In this document: in pieces, positions 31,149 through 40,890 of the stretch
How the letters are laid out: every line of letters starts with the position of its first letter
How positions within the stretch are numbered: position 1 is the first letter of the stretch
Source of the DNA: Nitrospirales bacterium
GTDB lineage: Bacteria > Nitrospirota > Nitrospiria > Nitrospirales > UBA8639
Assembly (NCBI GenBank): GCA_965203295.1
Contig: CBDBCZ010000019.1
Coordinates: forward strand, 1,760,001-1,824,000
DNA length: 64,000 nt
Direction: 5' to 3'
The notes under the pieces: model-generated
Seen by the model: the letters and a program-made list of their open reading frames with translations, nothing else
Databases searched by the model: none
What the model was told of the DNA's origin: nothing
Program-made: the position numbers and the translations under genes

Positions 31149-32432
31149 CTACTTTGAACGAGAATCCTGATTTCCCACACGGTTCAACTGAAATTGATGG
31201 ACAACTCCCACATCAGAATGTCGTTTCGTTCCACCAAAAGGTGCGCTTATGAACAGGGCTGAGGAATTCCCAGATAAAGAAAAACCGAACAGGTCAGCCG
31301 CACCCGTTTCTGGTACAGGATTAGTGAGCGTCGCAGGCCACTGGTCACTAGACTCATCAAAGATAAAAACAGCGCCGGCATCGACTCCAGCGCCATCATG
31401 ACCAGATGCACCAATTCCAATCAGCCCAGAAAACATGGCCACGGCTTCACCAAAATGGTCTCCAGCCCTAAGGCTCGGCACTACCAAAGACCGAATTAAC
31501 TCCCCAGACCCGGAATGGAACAAAAACGCGACACCAGATTCAGGAGGCGCACCATTTTGCCCCAGCGCCCCGAACAGAAGCCTCCCTGGTTTTCCGGCTA
31601 TCGACCATCCAAAATAATCATGTGTCATGGGTTTGGGAGCGGATAACGTATCTCGTAGTTCCCAACTCTCCCCGTCATAAAGGTATACTAAACCAGAATT
31701 CTCTGGTTCTTTCCCACCCACAGGGGCTGAGACTGCTATGTCATTGCCTACAAAAGAAACGGCATGACCAAAACGGCCTCTTTGACCTCTAGGGAAGTCT
31801 GAAGGCCAGAATGTATGAAGTAACTTTCCTGTTTGACGGTCAAAAAGAAACGCAGCACCCGTGTAAAAGGTCGTTTCCATGCTAGCACGAGGGTCTCCAA
31901 TTAGAACGAAACGGTCCTGCATGGCCACAGCATGACCGAATACTCCCGTCCATGGATGTGGATTCTGAAACGTCTGCAGAAGTTCACCTGTCTGGGCATG
32001 AAAGAGAAATACGGCCCCTGTCCTTCCTCCATCTCGGTCCTGGCCTCGGGGTGCCCCAATAAGAACGCCATGCCCCTGGAGTATAACTGATTGCCCAAAT
32101 AACTCCTCCCCCATAGGAGCGGGATGTGAGAAAGTGAATTCTAATTGGCCCGTTTCAGCCGAAAATTTATAGACCTTTCCACTTTCAAGACTATGAGCTT
32201 GGTCGTGAGGTGCCCCAATGATGATATACTCTGAATTCACAGCAATCTGATGTCCAAAGCCATCGAAAACGGCAGGGTTCGGATTTACGTAACTCCGAAC
32301 AAGTTTGGAGTGGTCCCTATCCCCTGCCAGCAGCTCACTACTACTGAAGACAATCAGAAAGGTCAAGAATATGAGTGACCCTTTCGCGTGTATCAGGCCT
32401 CTCCCAGTTGTGACAATCTCTCCGGTTTCCAT
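31149..32432 (-). CDS. Exported FG-GAP/integrin-like beta-propeller protein
   Basis: Seven repeats of FGxxV..IGAP..GAV(F/Y)LF; signal-like hydrophobic segment. Confidence 0.85.
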   Translation of the reverse strand: METGEIVTTGRGLIHAKGSLIFLTFLIVFSSSELLAGDRDHSKLVRSYVNPNPAVFDGFGHQIAVNSEYIIIGAPHDQAHSLESGKVYKFSAETGQLEFTFSHPAPMGEELFGQSVILQGHGVLIGAPRGQDRDGGRTGAVFLFHAQTGELLQTFQNPHPWTGVFGHAVAMQDRFVLIGDPRASMETTFYTGAAFLFDRQTGKLLHTFWPSDFPRGQRGRFGHAVSFVGNDIAVSAPVGGKEPENSGLVYLYDGESWELRDTLSAPKPMTHDYFGWSIAGKPGRLLFGALGQNGAPPESGVAFLFHSGSGELIRSLVVPSLRAGDHFGEAVAMFSGLIGIGASGHDGAGVDAGAVFIFDESSDQWPATLTNPVPETGAADLFGFSLSGNSSALFISAPFGGTKRHSDVGVVHQFQLNRVGNQDSRSK

Positions 32433-32653
32433 TCTTAGATTTTCTATGGTATTCTAGTGCTCGCTTTTCGACGTTGAGCCATGTGGTGAGGCACTCAGCA
32501 ACAAGGCTCTATCGGTCAGATGTTGTTTAGTGCGGTGAACTCCGATTGGAAGTTAACCAAAGTGATGTGAGCGTTTGCATCTTTGGCCTGTTCCTTCCCT
32601 TCGCCTCATTCTCGAGCCCTAAGACAATATCATTATCTTAAAGGAGGAACCTT

Positions 32654-32755
32654 ATGGGTTCGAAATTGTATGTTGGTGGGTTGCCCTATGCTGTGGACGA
32701 CCAACAATTAAGTGACCTCTTTGCCTCTCATGAAGAGAAAAAGGTGTTCAAGTAA
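32654..32755 (+). pseudogene. RRM RNA-binding protein pseudogene 2 (5' fragment)
   Basis: AAGGAGG RBS, MGSKLYVGGLPYAVDDQQLSDLFASH, then unrelated sequence and TAA. Confidence 0.85.
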
Positions 32756-32903
32756 GAGCGGATTGTGAATCAGTTCCAGCTTTGATAAAGTTAACATTCT
32801 ATCTCTCTTCATCTTCAAAAAACCTAGAAATACCCATCAACCCGCGATCGCTATGATCAAAAAAATCTAGCTGGCTGAATGATTAGCTGGAAAACATGAG
32901 CCT

Positions 32904-34536
32904 ATGAGTACAAACGATAAACAAGTCATCTTTTCATTGATTGGAGTGGGGCGTGTCTATCCACCTAAGAAACAAGTCCTCAAAGATATTTATCTTTCCT
33001 TACTATTACGGGGCTAAGATCGGAGTGCTTGGACTCAATGGATCCGGGAAAAGCACCCTTCTTCGCATCATTGCGGGAGTGGATAAAGATTATCTTGGCG
33101 AGGTCACTTTTTCAAAAGGTTACACAATTGGTCTCCTGGAACAGGAACCCACACTGGATCAGGACAAAACCGTTCAAGAAGTCATTGAAGAGGGCCGGCA
33201 AGACGTCATCTCTCTCTTGATGGAAAAACTTCTTGAAACATAAAGCACTCTTCAAGATAAAATCGAAGCTGTCAATGGTTGGGAACTGGAGAATCAACTC
33301 GAGATTGCCATGGACGCGCTCCGATGTCCACCCCCAGAAACCAAAATCAATACTCTCTCAGGTGGGGAACGCCGGCGGGTTGCATTGTGTCGACTCCTCA
33401 TCCAGGAACCCGATATTTTGCTCCTCGATGAACCGACAAACCATCTCGATGCTGAATCTGTACATTGGCTGGAACAACACCTCCAAGAGTACAAAGGAAC
33501 CGTCATCGCGGTGACACATGACCGTTACTTTCTCGACAATGTGGCTGGTTGGATTCTTGAACTTGATCGGGGCTATGGGATTCCATTCGAGGGCAACTAT
33601 TCTTCCTGGCTTGAACAAAAACAGAGTCGCTTGGAAAAAGAAGAAAAAGCAGAATCCAAACACAGGAGAACGTTGGAACGAGAATTGGAATGGATTCGCA
33701 TGTCGCCCAAGGGACGGCATGCCAAGGGAAAGGCCAGGGTTACCCGTTATGAGGAATTGCTGAGCGATGAACGTGAAAAATTCGCTGAGGAACTGGAAAT
33801 TTTTATCCCTCCTGGCCCACGACTTGGCGATGTGGTTCTTGACGCCGAAAACCTTTTGAAGGCTTATGGTGAAAAACTCTTGTTTGAAAACCTTTCATTT
33901 TTTCTCTCTCCAGGCGGAATCGTCGGGGTCATAGGCCCCAACGGGGCAGGAAAGACCACCTTATTCCGCATGATTACCGGAGTCGTCAAACCTGATTCCG
34001 TAACCTTTAAAGTAGGAGAAACCGTCAAATTTGGCTATGTGGACCAGGATCGAACATTAGATGGGAATAAGAATGTCTGGGAAGTCATCTCAGACGGTCT
34101 TGAAACCATTAAACTGGGCAAACGAGAGGTGAACTCTCGGGCATATGTCGGACGGTTTAATTTCGGTGGCTCCGACCAACAGAAAAAGGTTAAAGACCTC
34201 TCTGGCGGGGAACGCAATCGGGTTCATTTAGCCCGAATGCTCAAGGAGGAGGCTAATCTGTTGCTTTTAGACGAACCAACCAACGATCTCGATGTGAATA
34301 CTCTCCGTGCCCTTGAAGAAGGATTAGAACAATTTGGCGGCTGCGCTGTTGTTAGTAGCCACGATCGATGGTTTCTCGATCGTATTGCAACCCATATTCT
34401 GGCTTTTGAAGGAGAAAGCAAAGTTGTGTGGTTTGGAGGCAATTACAGCGAATATGAAGCTGATCGAAAAAAGCGTTTAGGCAAAGAGGCCGAACGCCCC
34501 CATCGGATTCGGTATCGGAAATTAACACGGGATTGA
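32904..34536 (+). pseudogene. ettA: ABC-F translational throttle EttA
   Basis: [48 protein letters not shown]; frameshift near 33000, apparent deletion near 33215, TAA 33241. Confidence 0.92.
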
Positions 34537-34884
34537 GCTGCTCTCTATTTTCTCTTAGGTAGCTCATCTCACAAATACACGATACTCTTGCGTTTTCTTC
34601 CATAATCTGTTGGCTAGATTTCTGGGTGCCAAAAAGGCTAACCTAAAGGCAGTCCAAGCAACGCATAGGCTCAAGAAGCCCAGGGCTACCAAAGAATCGA
34701 TTGATGGTTTCGATCAACGACCTGCCTACGAACTTAGACAGAACAACGCTTACCTCCGAAACTCGAAGCTGAAGTTTCGCTTTCAGCCTCGGAGCTTATG
34801 TAGCGACAACAGTGCAAGCGACTTGACGAAGGCAGGGAACACCACAGGTGAACCGGTTGCCAGCCTGATTGATGCTTTCCAAAG

Positions 34885-35103
34885 ATGTTTAGCCAACCCG
34901 ATATACTCATTGCTCGAATAATAGGGATTGTATTCGTAGCCAGTGGTTTTATTCTGGGCATCTATGGATTAGACAATCCTCAGTCTAGCTGGCTTTCAAC
35001 AGCCTTAGGTCTCCTCGTGACAGGTATGATTGCCCAAGTGTATGCCCTAATCCGATCCTTCACGATGGCTAGACAAAGAGGCCAGGGAGAAAAGGATCCA
35101 TGA
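34885..35103 (+). CDS. Small two-TM membrane protein
   Basis: 72 aa, two hydrophobic helices, ATGA overlap with the next gene. Confidence 0.7.
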   Translation: MFSQPDILIARIIGIVFVASGFILGIYGLDNPQSSWLSTALGLLVTGMIAQVYALIRSFTMARQRGQGEKDP

Positions 35104-35546
35104 GAGATCTCCTTCATCCGGTAGCAGTGAAGCATCAATGGAAAAACAAGTTTCTCGTGTGGGGACTCACCATTCTCTGTCTCTTACTCTCAAGTTGTAA
35201 TCTCCCACGGGAAGCCTATTTCAAAGACAGTGTCGATGAGGCAACTCAAGACGATGTTGAAAAAGAACTCGGGAAACCTGTTCGAACAAAGACGTTTCAT
35301 CTTGATGGTGAGACAATATGGACATACCGTTATGTCATGACAGAAACTGAAATGGATCGTAGTGGGTTTAAATCTCTTAACGAAGGCATTAACTCTGTCG
35401 GTGATGCCGTCGCCTCGCTTGTTGGAGGTCCCGTTGCAAAACGAAAAGGAGATAAACCCGTATGCATTCATTATATACTAACCTTTGACAGATCCAAGAT
35501 ATTGAAAGATTGGAAACGGGAGTCCTGCGCTGAAACCCCATTATGA
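35100..35546 (+). CDS. Lipoprotein (SmpA/OmlA-like fold possible)
   Basis: Lipobox LSSC; TQDDVEKELGKP..WTYRY..LTFD. Confidence 0.75.
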   Translation: MRDLLHPVAVKHQWKNKFLVWGLTILCLLLSSCNLPREAYFKDSVDEATQDDVEKELGKPVRTKTFHLDGETIWTYRYVMTETEMDRSGFKSLNEGINSVGDAVASLVGGPVAKRKGDKPVCIHYILTFDRSKILKDWKRESCAETPL

Positions 35547-36762
35547 CAGCCCAACCTTCCACTTTTTTGCCCCATGCCCCAGAGGGTTAGAACATATATT
35601 GGCCACAGAAATTCAAGAGATTGGGGCTAGCCACACTGAAATTTTTCAAGGAAGGGTGAGCTTTACTGGTTCCTTTCCACTTTGTTACCAGGTGAACCTC
35701 AAAAGCCGAATCGCGAGCCGAGTATTATGGCAGGCAAGTCTATTCAGGAGAATACCGCTACGAACAAGATATTTACCAAGCCCGTATGACTAGATGTGGC
35801 CCCAATGGTTTCCCGTCCAGTGTCGTATCAAGGTGAAGGTCAGTGCGCAACATTGCCCTCTTCTGAGTTTAGATTTCATTACCCTTCGAGTCAAAGATGC
35901 CATCTGCGATCGGTTTACCCATGAAGCGGGAATTCGTCCATCAGTTGATACCAGAAAGCCAGATATCCGCATCAATGTTTTTCTGAATGAACATCAGGTT
36001 TTGTTATTTCTTGATACGTCGGGAGAACCACTTTTTAAGCGAGGCCTCCGGCAAGCCATTGGGTCTGCTCCTATCCGGGAAAACCTTGCGGCTGGCATCC
36101 TTCGACTGACAGGCTGGACATCAGAACAAACCCTTTTTGATCCCATGTGTGGTAGTGGAACGTTTCTTATGGAAGCCGTTCAAATGGCTCGTAAAATTGA
36201 TCCTGGGCTCCATCGACGATTTGCCTTCGAACAATTACACAATTTTTCACCAGAAATCTGGGAGGGGGTACGGGAAAAGAGTCAGGCCCAACAACTCCCA
36301 CCTCAACCCTTATCGATTTTTGGCTGTGATCAAGAACACGCTTCTGTGGAAGCCGCGAGGAGTAATTTGAAGCATGCTGGTCTGACGGATTGCGTTTCCC
36401 TTCGGCAGGCGGACATATTGGAAACACGCCCGCCGACAGAACATGGCATCATCCTCACGAATCCTCCCTATGGTGTAAGAACAGGGCAAGTCAATAAGCT
36501 GGCCGCGTTGTATCCCAGCATAGGGGATTGGTTAAAACGTTACTTTCCTGGGTGGCGAGCGTATTTTTTTTCAGCCGACTTGAAGTTACCCAAGCTCATT
36601 GGGCTTTCAGCTTCCGCCCGTATGCCACTCTTCAATGGTCCTCTCGAATGCCGTTTATTTGAATATCGCATGTTTTCAGGGCCTAAAAAACCTTCAAAAA
36701 GTCCTGCGGCTAGACCTCATTCTTCCAATCCTGAGCAGAATCCCCATGTCACCCGTCTTTAA
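35543..36762 (+). pseudogene. rlmL: THUMP-domain rRNA m2G methyltransferase (RlmL-like)
   Basis: FFAPCPRGLE, LDTSGEPLFKRG, APIRENLAA, DPMCGSGT, TNPPYG; frameshifts near 35560 and 35740-35760, TAG at 35791. Confidence 0.85.
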
Positions 36763-37093
36763 AAGCGGGGCATTCATTCAGCAATGCTTTGCGGTTCACC
36801 CTCTTTGCCTAGGGATCAAGATATTTGCTCTTCCAAACACCATAGGTATCCTCTGCACGAATTGTCATATGCGCCATCGGATTACAATGGAGGAATGCTC
36901 AGTCCCGATTGACAACGAACAAAAAAGTAAGAAACAGGCAGCGGAATTATTTTCCCATTGCACTTCTCACCGCATGGCGGATATTCGTTTAAGTGGGTTA
37001 GACGTGGTGCAGGAAGTGATGCAATTTCGCTGTGAACCATGCAAAAAGAGCTATCGCATCACTTTCTCTACGATTGAAAGCCATCAGAAATAA
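36746..37093 (+). CDS. Cys/His-rich hypothetical protein (possible zinc binding)
   Basis: 115 aa with CTNC and CEPC motifs; ATG overlaps the end of the upstream gene. Confidence 0.7.
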   Translation: MSPVFKSGAFIQQCFAVHPLCLGIKIFALPNTIGILCTNCHMRHRITMEECSVPIDNEQKSKKQAAELFSHCTSHRMADIRLSGLDVVQEVMQFRCEPCKKSYRITFSTIESHQK

Positions 37094-37105
37094 ATTCCCA
37101 ATTCA

Positions 37106-37255
37106 CCCGCCTACGCGCTCGTGGATGAAGCTCTAGCGCAAGCAGCAGAAAGCCATGGCTGCCAGGCTTTCGTAGCCCATGCTACTTCGGCGGAGTAGGC
37201 GAAAGCCTGGGGCTCCACAAACATGCACCAGTGGAGGCGTCAGGGCGAAAGCCCT
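37106..37255. repeat. Multi-hairpin intergenic element (REP/MITE-like or ncRNA)
   Basis: CCAGGCTTTCG/CGAAAGCCTGG 11 bp stem enclosing two mini-hairpins; CTCCAC/GTGGAG; AGGGC-GAAA-GCCCT. Confidence 0.6.
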
Positions 37256-37297
37256 CAAACCGACTTCTCATTTCCCGATACATACTGAAGATCCCAC

Positions 37298-37329
37298 AAA
37301 AAAAGGAGCCGCCTAGAAGGCGGCTCCTT
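37298..37329 (-). terminator. Rho-independent terminator of the peroxiredoxin gene
   Basis: Minus strand AAGGAGCCGCCT-TCT-AGGCGGCTCCTTTTTTT. Confidence 0.9.
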
Positions 37330-37357
37330 AAGAAGAACGGAACGTGCTCGACGGCTC

Positions 37358-37993
37358 TTATCTGTTAGGCTGTGGTGTGTAACGCAGATATGGCTTTACC
37401 ACCCGGTGGCCCTTGGGAAACTTGGAGGGAATTTCCTCATCTTTTACCGCCGGCACAATGATACAATCTTCTCCGTCCTTCCAATTGGCAGGAGTAGCAA
37501 CCTGATGCTTGGCAGTTAGTTGAAGGGAATCCACCACTCGCAAAATTTCATCAAAATTCCGACCCGTGGAAGCTGGGTACGTTAACGTTAGTTTGACCTT
37601 CTTATCTGGACCAATCACAAAAACCGAACGAACCGTCATGTTATCCAACGCATTGGGGTGAATCATATCATACAGGTTCGCCACTTTACGTTCAGGATCG
37701 GCGATAATAGGATAATTCACCGTGCATTTTTGTGTTTCATTGATATCGTTAATCCACCCCTTGTGTGAATCTAGGGGATCGACGCTAATGGCCAAAAATT
37801 TGACATTCCGTTTCTTGAATTCCTCCCCTATTTTAGCCACCGTTCCCAATTCCGTCGTACAGACAGGAGTGTAATCCTTGGGATGGGAAAAAAGAATGCC
37901 CCAAGAGTCACCCAACCACTCATGGAAATTAACCGTTCCTGCTGTCGTTTCCGCTGTAAAATTAGGAGCTTCGTCACCTAATCGTAATGCCAT
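37358..37993 (-). CDS. 1-Cys peroxiredoxin (Prx6 family)
   Basis: FSHPKDYTPVCTTE, GRNFDEILR, ATPANW motifs. Confidence 0.96.
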   Translation of the reverse strand: MALRLGDEAPNFTAETTAGTVNFHEWLGDSWGILFSHPKDYTPVCTTELGTVAKIGEEFKKRNVKFLAISVDPLDSHKGWINDINETQKCTVNYPIIADPERKVANLYDMIHPNALDNMTVRSVFVIGPDKKVKLTLTYPASTGRNFDEILRVVDSLQLTAKHQVATPANWKDGEDCIIVPAVKDEEIPSKFPKGHRVVKPYLRYTPQPNR

Positions 37994-38236
37994 ACTGTAT
38001 TCCTCCAGTCCTTAAAGTTTATTCATGAAGTTACTCTCCCTTCGGGAACCGTCGCATCGACAACTACTCGAACTCAAGGGTTCCCCATATCAAGGAGGCA
38101 ATAAACCACAAGTTAGTAAATTAGTGTACGCCACACAAAAGGCACAGTCAACGCCACCACTCGCCGAAGTTGGAACTCGGGACCTCCCTAACATAAGTAT
38201 TCTTACTTAGGCTTAAAGCAATCCATCCCAAGAGCA

Positions 38237-39223
38237 TTATGCATAAAGCCCATCCGCCAATTTCTCATAGCCATTGAGGTAAAAGGTTGGCATGCGCTGA
38301 TCCGTCCCAATCATCCGTTCTGTCCGCTGGGACCATCGAGGATGCGGAACGTCTGGATTGACATTGGCGATAAACCCATACTCATGGGGGATCATGACAT
38401 TCCAAAACGTCGCTGGGCGCTCGGCCACGAATTCCATGGACACAATAGATTTGATGCTTTTGAACCCATATTTCCAGGGCACAATCAGACGGATCGGTGC
38501 TCCATGTTGCTTGGGTAAAGGATGTCCATAAATGCCGGTAACCAGCATGACTAATTCATTCATGGCCTCTTCAATAGACAACCCCTCCGTATAAGGCCAT
38601 GGGCCATATCCCCGTTGTCCCATGGCGACAGCCGGAGAATGAAAAGAAGTCAAGCGAATAAACCGGGCTGAACTCAGAGGTTCAGCTTGCTTAATCAAAG
38701 CCTGAAGAGGAAAACCAGTCCACGGAACAGCCATCGCCCACGCCTCTACACATCGAAGACGATAGAGCCGCTCTTCCAAGGGCATGATGTGTAGTAACTG
38801 ATCAACATCCCACACTTTTGGTTTTTTCACCAACCCGCTCACTTCCAAAGTCCAAGGTCGAACTTTGAACCTCCTTACTCGACGCCATATATCATCTTTC
38901 GCCTCACTAAATTCGTAAAAATTATTGTAGCGGGCCGCGATGCGCTCAGCCGTCAAAGGACGATCCAAGGTAAAGGACGAATTCTGAGTCGCGGGATAGA
39001 CCGCCTGATCTGTTTCAGAAAAGTCGAAATTCTTGGAATTTTTTTCAAAGTCCTCTTCGTCCACAGAAACAGAACAGCCCGAAAGATACCCTGCAGCCAA
39101 AAAGGCTCCAAGACCAAAGAGTTTTAAGGAAAATCGTCTGGTCACCCATTGCTCATGCAGTGCTTCGGAGGTGGCGTCGCGCTCGGAAATAGCCCAATCT
39201 GGAGGCAGGATAATGTTGGCCAT
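38237..39223 (-). CDS. msrP: Methionine sulfoxide reductase catalytic subunit MsrP (YedY)
   Basis: Twin-arginine signal; YNNFYEF, RCVEAW, GAPIRLIVPWKYGFKSIKSI, HPRWSQ. Confidence 0.95.
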   Translation of the reverse strand: MANIILPPDWAISERDATSEALHEQWVTRRFSLKLFGLGAFLAAGYLSGCSVSVDEEDFEKNSKNFDFSETDQAVYPATQNSSFTLDRPLTAERIAARYNNFYEFSEAKDDIWRRVRRFKVRPWTLEVSGLVKKPKVWDVDQLLHIMPLEERLYRLRCVEAWAMAVPWTGFPLQALIKQAEPLSSARFIRLTSFHSPAVAMGQRGYGPWPYTEGLSIEEAMNELVMLVTGIYGHPLPKQHGAPIRLIVPWKYGFKSIKSIVSMEFVAERPATFWNVMIPHEYGFIANVNPDVPHPRWSQRTERMIGTDQRMPTFYLNGYEKLADGLYA

Positions 39224-39411
39224 AGCGATTCCTCCTGTGACGCAATTGACTGACCCTTCCAGCCTATCGCTCTTCAGGAAGGATGGTCAAGACGACCAAG
39301 ACAGTTGAACTAATCAATATTCCACCTCGATGGGAAATATCCTGGCCACGTCGCTCGAAACCATGGACCACGAAATGGCACGGGCTGTCTCTTTTTCAGA
39401 TTACTGGACTA

Positions 39412-40890
39412 TTAAAAGGGAAGAACTGCCGATGTGGTGACAGATACTAGCGGGCCAGGATAGATGCCGAGGAGAACGACTCCCGCAATGGCGCAGGCAA
39501 GAACGACTGTGGTGGCGGGAGTGAGAGCAAGCCTCGTTTCGAGCTCTTGCATAGACGAAGGGTCACGCATGTACATGACCATGACCACTCGGAGGTAATA
39601 AAAGGCAGAGACTGCCGCGAAGACGAGGCCGAAGACGGCAAGCCAAGCGAGACCTGCGTTCACTGCGGCCATGAAGAGGTAGAACTTTCCAATAAATCCT
39701 GCTGTGGGGGGAATCCCAGCGAGAGAGACCATAAAGACCAACATGAGAAAGGCTGCGCCTTTGTGTCGCTTGGCCAAGCCGGTAAAGTCTTCGAGTTCTT
39801 CCCCTTCCACTCCGCTTTTTCGCACGATCGCGACGACTGAAAAGGCGCCCAGAGTCATAAACGAATACACAGCGAGGTATAACATCACACTGGATACACC
39901 CCGAGAGGCTATGACTTGTTCAGATCCTACCCACCCTGCGACAACCAGTCCAATTAAGGCATACCCGGCATGAGCAATACTGGAATATGCCAGCATCCGT
40001 TTAATATTGGTCTGGACGATTGCCACAATATTCCCAAGGACGACGGTGAGGAGGCATATTCCCAAGAGCAATCCAGTCCAGTTGGGCTTGACGCCACCAA
40101 ATCCTTCAAGCATGACCCGCATAAAGGCTGCGAAACTTGCGGCCTTAGAAGCCACAGCCATAAAGGCTGTGACTGAGGTTGGGGCTCCCTGATAAACATC
40201 AGGAGTCCACATATGAAACGGCACGGCCGCAACCTTGAACCCAAACCCTACGATCAACAACATCATGGCAATGAGGAGAAGCGGATCGTCGACGCCACGC
40301 GCATCAACAGCCGTAGCAATCTCCGCCAGTCGAGTCCCCCCTGCTAAACCATAGAGGAGGGAAATTCCATAGAGAAGAATACCGGATGAAAATGCTCCCA
40401 GGATAAAGTACTTGGCTGAGGCCTCAATTGAACGGGCTTCAAAGCGTTTGAACCCTGCCATGGTATACAGAGAAATAGACATGAGCTCTATGCCGAGATA
40501 GATAGTCAGGAGATCAGCGCCCGACACCATCACCATCATGCCGACAAGGGAAAGGAGGATAAACCCGTAGTATTCAGCAAGATCGATATGCTCCTCTTTC
40601 AGGTACGTGAGGGACAAAAGGATCGTGAGCCCACTGACGAAGTAGAGCAGGAGCTTCCAGAATGAGGCATAGTCATCAACCACAACCAAGTGACTAAAGG
40701 CAAACACCCGTTCCTCCATGCCGCTAGCCGTGACAAAGAAACACACGACCAATGTTCCAATGCTCATCCATGCCAGCAGGTGTTTTTGGGAAGAAGGCAT
40801 AACGGGATCAAGGAGCAGCAACACGCACGCGGCAACTATAACCAGCAACTCAGGGAGAATGGTGATCACATCAGCTAAGGGAATAGTCAC
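39412..40890 (-). CDS. nuoN: NADH-quinone oxidoreductase subunit N
   Basis: EASAKYF, FKVAAVPFHMWTPDVYQGAP, KRMLAYSSIAH. Confidence 0.97.
   Translation of the reverse strand: MTIPLADVITILPELLVIVAACVLLLLDPVMPSSQKHLLAWMSIGTLVVCFFVTASGMEERVFAFSHLVVVDDYASFWKLLLYFVSGLTILLSLTYLKEEHIDLAEYYGFILLSLVGMMVMVSGADLLTIYLGIELMSISLYTMAGFKRFEARSIEASAKYFILGAFSSGILLYGISLLYGLAGGTRLAEIATAVDARGVDDPLLLIAMMLLIVGFGFKVAAVPFHMWTPDVYQGAPTSVTAFMAVASKAASFAAFMRVMLEGFGGVKPNWTGLLLGICLLTVVLGNIVAIVQTNIKRMLAYSSIAHAGYALIGLVVAGWVGSEQVIASRGVSSVMLYLAVYSFMTLGAFSVVAIVRKSGVEGEELEDFTGLAKRHKGAAFLMLVFMVSLAGIPPTAGFIGKFYLFMAAVNAGLAWLAVFGLVFAAVSAFYYLRVVMVMYMRDPSSMQELETRLALTPATTVVLACAIAGVVLLGIYPGPLVSVTTSAVLPF

Noticed and set aside
3664..33243. 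Stop-codon reassignment or readthrough as the cause of in-frame stops
   Set aside because: All three stop codons occur and appear to replace different residues (TAG for Trp or Ser, TGA for Gly, TAA for Tyr or Gln), alongside frameshifts; core genes end with normal stops.
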